Source of the DNA: an uncultured Gemmatimonadales bacterium
Lineage (GTDB): Bacteria > Gemmatimonadota > Gemmatimonadetes > Gemmatimonadales > GWC2-71-9
Assembly: GCA_963748035.1 (NCBI GenBank)
Contig: CAVVHO010000006.1
Span: 16,176 to 80,175, forward strand
Length of the DNA stretch: 64,000 nucleotides
Direction: 5' to 3'
Shown in pieces: positions 27,315 through 37,306 of the stretch; the first letter of the stretch is position 1, and each line of letters starts with the position of its first letter. A program made the translations under genes and the position numbers. The notes beneath the pieces were generated by a model. It was not told the origin of the DNA, made no database searches, and saw only the letters and a list, made by a program, of their open reading frames with translations.

Positions 27315-28523
27315 ATGCTCATTCCTGATTGCTCTACCCCGGTCGTCGTGCTCCGAGTGCATTATGGCAGCCTTGGCATTGCCCGGAGCCTAGGCCGGTT
27401 GGGCGTTCCAGTGCACGCCGTACATTCGCCTGCCCACACCCCCGCCCTGCGCTCCCGCTACTGGCGGGGCCGCCACCTTTGGGAGTTCGACCACGACGAA
27501 CCGGAACGGAGCGTCGCATGGCTCCTCGAGCTGGGCGCGAAGTTGGGGCGGCGTGCGATCCTGATTCCGACGGCCGACGATCTCGCCACATTCGTGGCAG
27601 CCTACGCGCCTGTCCTGAAAGAGCGCTTCCTCTTCCAAGACAACCCACTCGGCCTCGTGCGGGCCCTCTCGCACAAGCTGGACGTTTATCACCTCGTCCG
27701 AAATCTCGGGTTCCCAACTGCGGAGACCTGGTCCCTCAAGTCGCTCGAGGACGTACGCCGGTTCAGCGAGGCGACCACATTTCCCGCGGTGCTCAAGGCG
27801 AACGACGGTCTCCGCCTCGAGGCCAGGACCGGCAAGCGGATGATGATCGTCCGCACCCCGGAAGAGCTACACTCGTGGTACCTGCGTCTCGAGGATCCAG
27901 ATAATCCGGACCTGCTGTTGCAGGAGTACATCCCGGGAGGAGACAATAAGATGTGGCTGTTCGACGGATGCTTCGGCGCCAACTCCGAATGCCTCATGGG
28001 TATTACCGGTCGCAAGCTCCGTTCGCATCCCCCCCACACCGGCGCGACCTCGCTAGGCGTGTGTGAGCGCAACGACGCGCTGTACGACCAGAGCCTGCGG
28101 TTCATGAAAGTCATCGCCTATCACGGAATCGCAGGCATGGACTACTGTTGGGATGAACGGGATGGGACCTACAAGCTGCTCGACCCGAACCCCCGGATCG
28201 CCGCCAACTTCCGGCTTTTTGTCGGAGCGAATGGACTGGACGTCATCCAGTGCCTGTACCTGCACCTGACCGGGCAGCCGGTGCCACAGACCGAGGCGGT
28301 GGAGGGGCGGAAGTGGGTGGTCGAGGATGCGGATTTCGACTCCTTCCGGGACTATCACAGCGAGGGCGCGCTCACCATCGGGGGGTGGCTCCGCTCTTTC
28401 GCGGGGGTCCGGGAGGGGGCGTGGCTTGCCTGGGACGATCCTGGACCGGCCGTTGGTGTCGCATGGGGGCTTGCCCGGCGAGTCTTCAGGAGGTTGATGA
28501 GAGCGGTGACCTCACGCCACTAG
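27315..28523 (+). CDS. ATP-grasp enzyme (predicted carboxylate-amine ligase type)
   Basis: 402 aa. ...FPAVLKANDG..., LLLQEYIPGG, ...LLDPNPRI... fit an ATP-grasp fold. Confidence 0.7.
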   Translation: MLIPDCSTPVVVLRVHYGSLGIARSLGRLGVPVHAVHSPAHTPALRSRYWRGRHLWEFDHDEPERSVAWLLELGAKLGRRAILIPTADDLATFVAAYAPVLKERFLFQDNPLGLVRALSHKLDVYHLVRNLGFPTAETWSLKSLEDVRRFSEATTFPAVLKANDGLRLEARTGKRMMIVRTPEELHSWYLRLEDPDNPDLLLQEYIPGGDNKMWLFDGCFGANSECLMGITGRKLRSHPPHTGATSLGVCERNDALYDQSLRFMKVIAYHGIAGMDYCWDERDGTYKLLDPNPRIAANFRLFVGANGLDVIQCLYLHLTGQPVPQTEAVEGRKWVVEDADFDSFRDYHSEGALTIGGWLRSFAGVREGAWLAWDDPGPAVGVAWGLARRVFRRLMRAVTSRH

Positions 28524-28677
28524 GCGCCATATCGGCGTTTGGAGGCATGCTGCTCGCGAGTCGGATCAACGGCTCGTCACCGTCGCTTGGAATCTGGCAT
28601 CGGACCACGTCTGCCAGGTTCGAGATCGCATCCCCTGTGATGCGACTGCGTGTGTGGCCCACCGGAGGGAGGCACGG

Positions 28678-29499
28678 ATGTACGTCTGTCCCGATTGCAA
28701 GACTCCCCTTGAGAGGCTGTATTGCAGGGAATGTCAGCGCCAATACCAGAGTGTCGGCGGCATTCCGGTATTATTGTCCAACGACCCTCGTTTCCACAGC
28801 GTCGTAACTAGCGTGGCCGCATATGACTCCATTTACCGCAGCCAGAGCAACGTGTGGGAGAGCCAAGGAAGGACTCCGGAGTTCTTACACTATTTCTCCG
28901 GCCTCTTGAAGCAGTTCCCGGCCACGCGATTCCTGGAAGTTGGTTGCGGGGAGGGCTTTCTTCTCGCCCGGGTAGAGGCAGGAGAGAAATTTGCCGTGGA
29001 CCTTTCGGTGCACGCCCTCCGAGCCGCGCAAGGAAAGACTCAGGCGCAATTTAGCGTGGCCCTGGCCGAGCGGCTTCCATTTGCTACCGAATGCTTCGAT
29101 CTGGTTGCAAGCGTTGGAGTGATGGAGCACTTCCTTGATGGTCGGGAGGCGGCACGAGAGATCAGGCGGGTGCTAAAAGCCGGTGGCCATTATGTGGCTC
29201 TGCTCCATGTGCAGCTGACATTCTGGGAACGACTTGGCATGAAGATCTCCCAGTATCTTTTCCCACCCAAGCCGTTGGAATTCGTCCGTTGGCTGAAGGA
29301 CAAGATTCAAGGGACGGGCAAGGCTGAGACCGGACCGGTGTATGCCAAGCAACCCATCCAGAACAAGTACTCGACCCGCAGCGCAAGAGCCCTGCTTCAA
29401 CAAAACGATTTCAAGGTGATCGACGTGATCCACACGAGGAAACACCCGGAACTGCCGCTCGCGGGTCATTACGTCGTTATCTACGTCGCGACCAAATGA
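28678..29499 (+). CDS. class I SAM-dependent methyltransferase with N-terminal zinc ribbon
   Basis: CPDCKTPL...CRECQ ribbon, then motif I LEVGCGEGF and LKAGGHY. Confidence 0.8.
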   Translation: MYVCPDCKTPLERLYCRECQRQYQSVGGIPVLLSNDPRFHSVVTSVAAYDSIYRSQSNVWESQGRTPEFLHYFSGLLKQFPATRFLEVGCGEGFLLARVEAGEKFAVDLSVHALRAAQGKTQAQFSVALAERLPFATECFDLVASVGVMEHFLDGREAAREIRRVLKAGGHYVALLHVQLTFWERLGMKISQYLFPPKPLEFVRWLKDKIQGTGKAETGPVYAKQPIQNKYSTRSARALLQQNDFKVIDVIHTRKHPELPLAGHYVVIYVATK

Positions 29500-29561
29500 A
29501 GGTGCCGTTCGCCTGCCAGGCGCCCTTATGCAGCGCGACCTCGTTCACGGCAAAGTTCTAA

Positions 29562-30365
29562 GTGATGACCGCCAACCGGCTCGACTCGCCCCGCGCGGAC
29601 TATGGACTCGACGCCCCCTCGGTCGTCCGCAACCTGCTTGTGATCGGCGGCGTTGGACTGCTGCTCGCCGCCGTCGCTGCGCTCCACCTGCTCCCTCCCG
29701 TGCTCACATGGACGCTGGGCGGCAGCGTCATACGCTTTCCGCTCGTCCCCCTCGGCTTGGGCCCGGGAGTCGCCCTGACGGTGACCGGCCTTTCCATGAT
29801 ATGGAGCAGCCGGGTCGGCAAGGTTCGACGCCGGGAGGCGCTGCTTGAGCAGCTCGCCTGGAAGGGCGATGAACAAGTCCTGGACGTCGGGTGCGGACGC
29901 GGGCTGTTCCTGATCGGTGCGGCCAAACGATTGACCGGTGGGCTCGCTACGGGCATCGATATCTGGCGAACCGAAGACCTGTCCGGCAACCGACCGGAAG
30001 CGACCCTCGCAAACGCACAGGCCGAGGGAGTGGCGGCTCGGGTCCGGGTCGAGACAGCCGATATGCGCAAACTGCCCTTCCCGCCCGGAACCTTCGACGT
30101 GGTCCTTTCCTCCGCGGCCATTCACAATCTGGACGACGCCGCTGACCGCGACCTTACCATTCAGGAGATCGCGCGGGTTCTCAAGCCGGGGGGATTCGGG
30201 CTCGTTGATGATATCCGGCATTCCCAGCAGTACCGCAAGGCATTTGCCGCCCACGGTTGCCGGTTGGTTCGACGCCTCGATCAACCGCTGGCGAGTATCT
30301 GTTGGACGGTGCTGACATGGGGTGCGCTTCAACCCGCGACCCTGCTGGTCCAGAAGGCGGTCTAA
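29562..30365 (+). CDS. membrane-anchored class I SAM-dependent methyltransferase
   Basis: Two N-terminal TM helices. Motif I VLDVGCGRGL. LKPGGF. Confidence 0.8.
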   Translation: MMTANRLDSPRADYGLDAPSVVRNLLVIGGVGLLLAAVAALHLLPPVLTWTLGGSVIRFPLVPLGLGPGVALTVTGLSMIWSSRVGKVRRREALLEQLAWKGDEQVLDVGCGRGLFLIGAAKRLTGGLATGIDIWRTEDLSGNRPEATLANAQAEGVAARVRVETADMRKLPFPPGTFDVVLSSAAIHNLDDAADRDLTIQEIARVLKPGGFGLVDDIRHSQQYRKAFAAHGCRLVRRLDQPLASICWTVLTWGALQPATLLVQKAV

Positions 30366-30420
30366 CGCTTACCTGAACGCCGAATCATCGTTCTCCGCTC
30401 ACTCTCAAGGCTGGTACCCT

Positions 30421-30633
30421 ATGGCAGACCTCTCTCGGCCCCTGCGGCGTTCTCGGGATAAGGGCATGATCGCTGGTGTCGTCGCGGGCTTGGCCCAGTA
30501 CTTCTCGATGGACGTAACCCTCCTCCGCGTCCTCTACGTCCTCGTCTCGATCATCTCGGTCGCTTTCCCCGGCATTCTGGCCTACATCCTTCTTTGGATC
30601 TTGATTCCGGAGGAGGCGAGTACCTCGGCCTGA
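30421..30633 (+). CDS. PspC-domain protein
   Basis: MIAGVVAGLAQYFSMDVTLLRVLYVL plus one TM helix. Confidence 0.8.
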   Translation: MADLSRPLRRSRDKGMIAGVVAGLAQYFSMDVTLLRVLYVLVSIISVAFPGILAYILLWILIPEEASTSA

Positions 30634-30733
30634 CGCTCCGGCCCGGCACCTCCATTCAGCACGAGTCAGCTCAATTCTCCAGCATTCCCTGGCATTCCTT
30701 CGACCTCTTAATCCTCGCAGGGAGACACCGACG

Positions 30734-31042
30734 ATGAAGTTCCTCATTCTCTGGGAGTTCGAGCTTGCCGCACTTCGCCCCGAGGTAGCAACAGCAGTGG
30801 CCCGGATGCCCGAGTACGCGGCGAGCCTCAAGAAACAAGCCAAACTCGTGTCCCGCTATCATGTCGTGGGCAAGCATGGCGGGGCGTGGATCTACGAGGT
30901 GACGTCCAACGAGGAGTTGGAGCGGCTATTGGCGATGGCGCCCGTCTACAACTTTGCGCACTACCAGGTCATCGCACTGGCTGAGATGGACACCCCAAAC
31001 ACGGTGATTCGGGCACCAGAAGCAGCAGCCGGGGGCAGCTGA
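30734..31042 (+). CDS. small muconolactone-isomerase-like / DUF3303-type protein
   Basis: 102 aa MKFLILWEFE...YEVTSNEELERLL. Weak recall only. Confidence 0.5.
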   Translation: MKFLILWEFELAALRPEVATAVARMPEYAASLKKQAKLVSRYHVVGKHGGAWIYEVTSNEELERLLAMAPVYNFAHYQVIALAEMDTPNTVIRAPEAAAGGS

Positions 31043-31152
31043 ATGGTCCCACAGCCCCTGCCTTCACCTGTAGCCACCTTCAGACTCTCTTCATACCATC
31101 TTGCCGGGGCGAGGCAGACATTGCAGCTCAACGTCCGCCCCAGGATGCCAGC

Positions 31153-31503
31153 TTGAAAGGGACTATGCCACAAGATGGTGGCCTCGTTAGTCTGATCGAA
31201 GCGGAGGCCAGGCTGGCGGAGCGTCTCGCGGCCGCGCGAGCGGCGGGACAAGCCACTATCGCCGCCGCGCAGCTGGCGGTCAAAGCCATGGAGTCACGCT
31301 ACGCCGCCGAGGTGGAAACGGGCACGGCGACGCTCGCAGCCCACATCGCCGAGCGGCGTGATTCCGAGGTCGCGCACATCCAGGCGGCCGCTGATCTCCA
31401 GGTTAGCCGCTCTGCAACGTTGACGGGCGAACGAGGCGAAACCCTCGCAGGCGAGGTGGTACGCAGGGTCCTTGATACCTGGAATACCGGGACCGCACCG
31501 TGA
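31153..31503 (+). CDS. A/V-ATPase-associated coiled-coil protein (peripheral stalk G/H-like)
   Basis: Ala/Glu/Arg-rich helix. GTGA overlap with atpI. Confidence 0.45.
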   Translation: MKGTMPQDGGLVSLIEAEARLAERLAAARAAGQATIAAAQLAVKAMESRYAAEVETGTATLAAHIAERRDSEVAHIQAAADLQVSRSATLTGERGETLAGEVVRRVLDTWNTGTAP

Positions 31504-33386
31504 TCGTGCGAATGATGAAGGTGCGCATTCTGGGACCTCGCGCCCGGCTGCCGGACGCGATCCGGGTGGTCCAGGACGAGGGCGTGCTGCACCTGGCGAC
31601 TCAGGCCGAGCAACCACGGCTCCAGCCGTTTCAAATGCCGCCCGCCGACGCCCGTCGCCGCCGGCAACTGACGTCGATTCTGGCGGATGTCGAGATTTCC
31701 CTCCAGGGTCTGGGCGAGGAGCCCACCGCACCCCCAGTGAAAGCGGGTGCGGCACCGGATCTTCCCGGCTGGGCCCGACTCGCCCGCCGGGTCCGGAAGC
31801 AGGTGGCCGCGATGGCCGACCGATCCGCAGCCCTGGACGAGGAGGAGGCGCTGCTGGCCCGCTATCGCGGGTTCTTCGGCGCATTCGAGGCGCTGATTCG
31901 CAGCCACGGTGTTGCACAGGGAGCAAGCGCGTTTCACGTCGTGCTGCGCCCAGACCAGGCGGGAGCGTTGCCGCGCCTGCGGGAGGCTCTGGGGCAACTC
32001 CTCGATGGCGCCTTCGAATCGTTTTCGCAGACGTTGCCCGGCGGCGAAATCGGGGTGCTCATCCTGGTGCCCGGCTCGGGGGCGGCACGGGTGGACAAGC
32101 TCTTGGCCGAGACGCGTGTACAGGAGATCCCGGTGCCGGCCGGGTATGGATCATCGTTGCTCGAGGCGATTCCGCGGATGCGGGAACGGGAGGCAGCATT
32201 CCCGCGGGAACGAGAAACGCTCCGCCGCGAGCGTACCGATCTCGCTCGCCGGCATGGCCCCGAGTTGGCGCGCGCGCGCGCCGTAGTGCGCGATCTCCTC
32301 CTGCAGCTGGAGTCCCTGGCCCTGTCTCAAGTCACCGCCCACGCCTTCGTAATCGAGGGTTGGCTGCCGGCTGTCGCGGAGCCCCGTCTGGCCCTCGCCT
32401 TGGACCACGCATTTGCGGGGGAGGTCGTGGTGGAGGTCATGGGGCGGGAACACTGGCGGGCCGAGGATGCACCGGTCGTGCTTCGGAATCCCAGGCTGTT
32501 CCGTCCCTTCGAATTGCTGAACCGCATGGTCCCCTTGCCTCGATATGGGACGCTGGATCCGACACCCTTCGTCGCCGTCTTCTTCCCGATGTTCTTCGGA
32601 CTCATGATGGGAGATGTCGGCTATGGGGCCGCATTGGCCGGACTGGCCCTGCTGTTGCGTTGGCGTTCCACACCGGGGAGTAACCTGAGGGCGATCTCCG
32701 AGGTCGCAGGCGCGTGCGCCCTGTTCGCGATCATCTTCGGCGTCCTATTCGGGGAGTACTTTGGCGATCTCGGACACCGCTGGCTGGGTCTCAAGCCCGT
32801 CTGGATGGACCGGGCAGAGGCCATCATCCCCTTCCTGGGGCTTGCAATCGCGTTGGGATTGGTCCACGTACTTCTCGGCTTGATACTTGGCGTACTGAAC
32901 AGCGTGCGTAGTCATCGCCGCCTGGCGATCGGCCGTGGACTCACTGCGGTGATGATCATCCTGATTCTGGTGGCGATTCTGGCGGCGATAGAGGTGTTCC
33001 CCCACTCCCTGCTCACCCCGATGGTTGTCGCGCTCCTGATCGCCTTCCCCGTCCTGGTGGTGGTCGAGGGGGTGGTGGCGCCGGTCGAGCTGCTCTCAAC
33101 CCTGGGACACATTCTGTCCTACGCTCGTATCATGGCCCTGGGCACCGCTTCTGTGATGCTTGCCATTGTGGCCAACCGGATGGCCGGCGCGATGGGCAGC
33201 GTGGTGGTCGGCGTCTTGTTCGCGCTGCTGTTTCATTTGGTCAACTTCGCGCTTGGCCTGTTCACCCCGACCATTCACGCGTTGCGCCTCCATTTCGTGG
33301 AATTCTTTGGGACTTTCTACAGCCCGGGAGGGGTGCGCTACCACCCGCTGGGACACTGGCGTCCACGGGCCGGACAGAACGACTAA
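31500..33386 (+). CDS. atpI: A/V-type ATPase subunit I (a)
   Basis: 628 aa. Soluble N-terminal half and multi-TM C-terminal half with the LSYARIMALG arginine motif. Confidence 0.9.
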   Translation: MIVRMMKVRILGPRARLPDAIRVVQDEGVLHLATQAEQPRLQPFQMPPADARRRRQLTSILADVEISLQGLGEEPTAPPVKAGAAPDLPGWARLARRVRKQVAAMADRSAALDEEEALLARYRGFFGAFEALIRSHGVAQGASAFHVVLRPDQAGALPRLREALGQLLDGAFESFSQTLPGGEIGVLILVPGSGAARVDKLLAETRVQEIPVPAGYGSSLLEAIPRMREREAAFPRERETLRRERTDLARRHGPELARARAVVRDLLLQLESLALSQVTAHAFVIEGWLPAVAEPRLALALDHAFAGEVVVEVMGREHWRAEDAPVVLRNPRLFRPFELLNRMVPLPRYGTLDPTPFVAVFFPMFFGLMMGDVGYGAALAGLALLLRWRSTPGSNLRAISEVAGACALFAIIFGVLFGEYFGDLGHRWLGLKPVWMDRAEAIIPFLGLAIALGLVHVLLGLILGVLNSVRSHRRLAIGRGLTAVMIILILVAILAAIEVFPHSLLTPMVVALLIAFPVLVVVEGVVAPVELLSTLGHILSYARIMALGTASVMLAIVANRMAGAMGSVVVGVLFALLFHLVNFALGLFTPTIHALRLHFVEFFGTFYSPGGVRYHPLGHWRPRAGQND

Positions 33387-33401
33387 CGAGAAGGAGCTAT
33401 T

Positions 33402-33629
33402 GTGCCGATCTTCTGGACCACTTTCGCCGCCGCGCTCGCCATCGGGATCCCCGCACTGGCCACAGCCTGGGCCCAATCACGCATCGGACCCGCCGCCGCG
33501 GCGAGCCTCGCCGAGAAACCCGAGTTGAGCACGACCGTCATTCTGATGATCGCGATTCCCGAGACGATGGCGATCCTGGGGTTCGTGGTGGCGGTGATGA
33601 TCCTGCTCCGTGGTGGCGGCGCAGTCTGA
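33402..33629 (+). CDS. atpK: A/V-type ATPase proteolipid subunit K (c), single hairpin
   Basis: 75 aa, two helices, AQSRIG and IPETMAILGF motifs. Confidence 0.9.
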   Translation: MPIFWTTFAAALAIGIPALATAWAQSRIGPAAAASLAEKPELSTTVILMIAIPETMAILGFVVAVMILLRGGGAV

Positions 33630-33636
33630 GACCGCG

Positions 33637-34218
33637 ATGGCCCTCACCGATCTACTTCGCGCGCTGGAGAAGGACGCCGAGGCCCGGATCACGGCGGTTC
33701 AGGCCGAGGCACAGGCAGCGGCTGATCAGCTGCTGGCCGATGCCAGCGCGCGACTCGAACGGCGTCGCACGATGGATCTCGCGGCCCGCGAGGCAGAATT
33801 GCACGCCGCGGCCTCGGAGGTAATCGAATCCGTCCGGCGGGAGGCGACCCGCCGGGCCCTCATGGCGCGGGCCGAAGCACTCGGCCGGGTGCTCGCCGGG
33901 GCCAGAGCGCTGCTCGCGACGCTCGTTCCCGACGTGTCACTCCAAGCGGGCATCCGCCGCGAGATCGACGCCGCTCTGGAGTACCTCGGCACCGGCGCAG
34001 CGGTCGTACGCTGCTCCCCGGGATGGGCCGCGCGGGTGAAGCCCGCCCTCGTTGGCCGTTCCGGGGTTCGACTCGAAACAATCAATGGTGCCGGCGCCGG
34101 CATGGTTGTGATGGCCGCCGACGGTAGCGTCGAGATCGACGCGACGCTGGAGCACCGACTGGAGCAGCTCTGGCCGGGGTTGGCCATCGACCTGCGTGCG
34201 CGAACTGGAATCGTCCGG
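33637..34218 (+). CDS. atpE: A/V-type ATPase subunit E (no stop codon before atpC)
   Basis: Long N-terminal helix and globular C-terminal part ending ...LEHRLEQLWPGLAIDL. The frame runs directly into atpC ATG 34219. Confidence 0.7.
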
Positions 34219-35238
34219 ATGAGCGCCCAGTGGGAGGACCTGAACGCGCGGGCACGTGGTCTGGCGACGCACCTCGCAAGCAGAGCCACCTTGGAGCGAC
34301 TAGCGGAGGTCCCCGACCTCCCGACATTGGCGCGGGAGTGTGTGGCCACCGGTGTGCTACCGGTCGAGCCGGGGGACACGTCTTCAATCGCGCTGGAGCT
34401 GGCCTTTCGCCGAGTCGCCGCTCGAAACCTGCAGCTGGTCGCCCGATGGCTGGGACCCCGCACCGAGCTGCTGCGGATCGTGTTCGAGGATGAGGACCGC
34501 CGGAGCCTCCGAGCGCTCCTTCGTGGTGCGGCGGCGGGTGTCGCCGCCGAGGCACGGCTGGCAGGGCTGATTCCCACGCCGAGTCTTCCGGAGCGCCTGC
34601 TGGAGGAACTGGCCCGTCAGCCGCATGCCAGCGACATGGCCGCCTTGCTGGTCCTCTGGGGCCACCCCTATGGCCCACCGCTCCAGGCGGCAGCGGGGAC
34701 CGGAACGCCCAACCTCTTCAAGCTGGAGTGCGAGCTGAACCAGGCGTTTGCGCGGCGCGCCACTGGCGGAGCCGGCCCCGGCGGGCGGGCACTGCAAAGC
34801 TATGTCGAGGAATGCATCGACCTCGAGAACTTGCGGAGCGGCCTGGTGCTGGCAGTGAACGAGCTCGAGTTGTCGGCGGATGTCGCGTTCCTGCCGGGCG
34901 GTCGGCACATCTCGCTCGCTCGCTTCAAGGCCGCCGCGAGAGTTGGGAGCGTCCTCGGCGCCGCGAACATCCTGGCCGAAGGGTTCGGTGCAAGCGAAAT
35001 CACCCAGTTAGTGCGACGCTATGCGACCGCACCTGTGGACCTGGAAGCCTCGCTGCTGCGCTACCAGATCGGGGCGTTAAGGGATCAGGCGCGGCTCGAT
35101 CCGTTGGGCCCGGCAACACTCCTTTGGTACCTGCTCCGGCTGCGTGCCCAGAGCATGAGCCTCGCGTTCCTGCTATGGGGGGCCGGATTGGGCCTGCCCC
35201 CTGCGCTTCGCCGCGACCGGCTCGTGGAGGTCGCGTGA
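34219..35238 (+). CDS. atpC: A/V-type ATPase subunit C (d)
   Basis: MSAQWEDLNARARG N-terminus typical of subunit C. All-helical, about 340 aa. GTGA overlap with atpF. Confidence 0.8.
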   Translation: MSAQWEDLNARARGLATHLASRATLERLAEVPDLPTLARECVATGVLPVEPGDTSSIALELAFRRVAARNLQLVARWLGPRTELLRIVFEDEDRRSLRALLRGAAAGVAAEARLAGLIPTPSLPERLLEELARQPHASDMAALLVLWGHPYGPPLQAAAGTGTPNLFKLECELNQAFARRATGGAGPGGRALQSYVEECIDLENLRSGLVLAVNELELSADVAFLPGGRHISLARFKAAARVGSVLGAANILAEGFGASEITQLVRRYATAPVDLEASLLRYQIGALRDQARLDPLGPATLLWYLLRLRAQSMSLAFLLWGAGLGLPPALRRDRLVEVA

Positions 35239-35563
35239 GCCTCGATGTCCGGGTGCTCTGCCGGCCCGCAGTGGCGGCCGGCTTCCGGTTGGCGGGAGTC
35301 TTCCCAATCGAGGTGGTGGATTTGGCTGATGGTGCGCGCCAACTGGAAGTGCTCCTGGATGAGCCCGGTCACGGCGTCGTCCTGGTGGAGGACGAGATCT
35401 ACGCTGCGGTGCCGGAGGCCACGAGGCGCGAGCTGGATCGGCGCCCCCTGCCGATGGTGGTCTCCTTCCCGGACCGACCTGGACAGTTCCCCGCGAGGGA
35501 CCGGAGGCATTCATCGCAGAGCTGCTGCGTCAGGCAATCGGCTACCGGGTGCGGTTCGGATGA
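35235..35563 (+). pseudogene. atpF: A/V-type ATPase subunit F, frame interrupted near 35.49 kb
   Basis: GTG 35235 gives VSLDVRVLCRPAVAAGFRLAGV...PLPMVVSFP. The conserved C-terminus EAFIAELLRQAIGYRVRFG-stop is in the -1 frame and ends at TGA 35561-35563, overlapping atpA ATG 35560. Confidence 0.75.
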
Positions 35564-37306
35564 GCGGCGCCCGGCTGATCCGGATTTCGGGCTCGCTCGC
35601 CGAGGCGCAGCCAATGACGGGGGCGGCACTCTACGAGCTGGCGCGTGTAGGACATCGGGGACTCCTCGGGGAGGTGATCCGGGTCCAGGGCGACATCGCC
35701 ACGCTTCAGGTCTACGAGGAGACCACCGGGCTCGAAACCGGGGAGCCGGTCTCACCTACCGGCAATGCGCTCACGGTGACGCTGGGCCCGGGCTTGCTCT
35801 CGACGATCCTCGATGGGGTAGGGCGGCCGCTCGGCAGAATCGCTGAACGAAGCGGTGATTTCATCCAGCCAGGTGCCAGCGCCGAAACCCTCGATCCCGC
35901 GATCCTCTGGAGCTTTACGCCTCTGGCAAAGCCCGGTGACGCGGTCGGGCCCAGGCGACGTGCTCGGGACCGTCCCGGAACGACCCGGGATCGAGCATCG
36001 CGTGATGATGCCGCCGGACCAGTCGGGTGTGCTTGAACACATCGCGGCGGGGCAGTACACGGTGCGTGACCCGATCGCCCGGCTGCAGGACGGAACGGAA
36101 CTCCGCCTCGCACATCTTTGGCCGGTGCGTCGGCCCCGCCCGGTGGCCGCGCGGCTCCCCGACGATCGCCCATTCGTTACCGGACAACGGGTCCTCGATT
36201 TTCTCTTCCCTGTGGCGGAGGGTGGCACCGTCGCGGTGCCAGGTGGTTTCGGCACCGGGAAGACGGTGATCGAGCAGTCGCTCGCCAAGTATGCCGAAGC
36301 CGACATCGTCGTCTACGTCGGGTGCGGCGAGCGGGGGAACGAGATGGCTGAAGTGCTGCGCGAGTTCCCTGCCCTGGTCGATCCACGAACCGGCCATTCG
36401 ATCATGGACCGTACCGTCATGGTCGTGAACACTTCCAACATGCCGGTCGCGGCGCGGGAGGCGTCGGTCTATCTCGGAATCACCATCGCGGAGTACTACC
36501 GCGACATGGGATACCGGGTCGCGCTCCTCGCCGACAGTCTGTCGCGCTGGGCGGAGGCGCTACGGGAGATCAGTGCCAGGCTGGGCGAGATGCCGGGGGA
36601 GGAAGGGTATCCCACCATCTCGCCGGGCGGCTCGGACAGTTCTTCGAGCGATCGGGACGAGTGACGGCGCTGGGGCGACCGCAGTCGCACCGGGGCGCTC
36701 ACCACGGTCGCGGCCGTCTCGCCGCCGGGAGGCGACCTCTCAGAGCCGGTTACCCAGGCCACGCTGCGGGTAGTCGGGACGCTCTGGGCGCTGGACGCGG
36801 CGCTCGCCCATCAACGCCAGTTCCCCGCGGTAGACTGGGGCACGAGCTATTCGCTCCACGCCGACCAGGTAGCGCCGTGGCTCGCCCGCGAGGGCGGCCC
36901 CGACTGGCTCGACCTCCGGCGCGAAGTGCTGGAACTGCTGCAGCGAGGCCGCGAGATCAAGGACATCGCGGGCCTGGTAGGGCCGGAGGCACTGCAGGAC
37001 AGCGACCGGCTGGTGCTCGAGTCGGCCCGGATGGTTCAGGAACTGGTGTTAGGCCAGAGCGCATATGATCCTAACGACGCCTTCTCACCGCTGACCAAGA
37101 CCTATCGCATGGCGAGCCTCGCTCTCGCCTTTCACCATCGGTCACTGCGGATGCTGGAGCAAGGTGTGCGCTTCGAGCAGCTCGAACTGGGGCCCGCGCG
37201 GCGCGAGTTGACCGCCCTGCGCAGTGCCACCCCAGATGAGTTCGCGGCCCGGGTCGCGGAGGCCGAGGCAGCGGCGCGTGCGCCCCGAGAGGAGCGCATC
37301 GCCGTG
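35560..37306 (+). pseudogene. atpA: A/V-type ATPase catalytic subunit A, at least three frame shifts and no in-frame stop
   Basis: Homology-consistent sequence switches frame near 35953, 36613 and 36688. P-loop [10 protein letters not shown]. ...VSPPGGDLSEPVTQATLRVVGTLWALD... In the last frame the ORF runs through GTG 37304 into atpB. Confidence 0.85.

Noticed and set aside
33402-33629. Na+ specificity of the K (c) subunit, inferred from the Gln in AQSRIG and Glu-Thr in IPETM.
   Set aside because: The same residues occur in the proton-translocating Thermus A/V-ATPase proteolipid as I recall it, so they are not discriminating.
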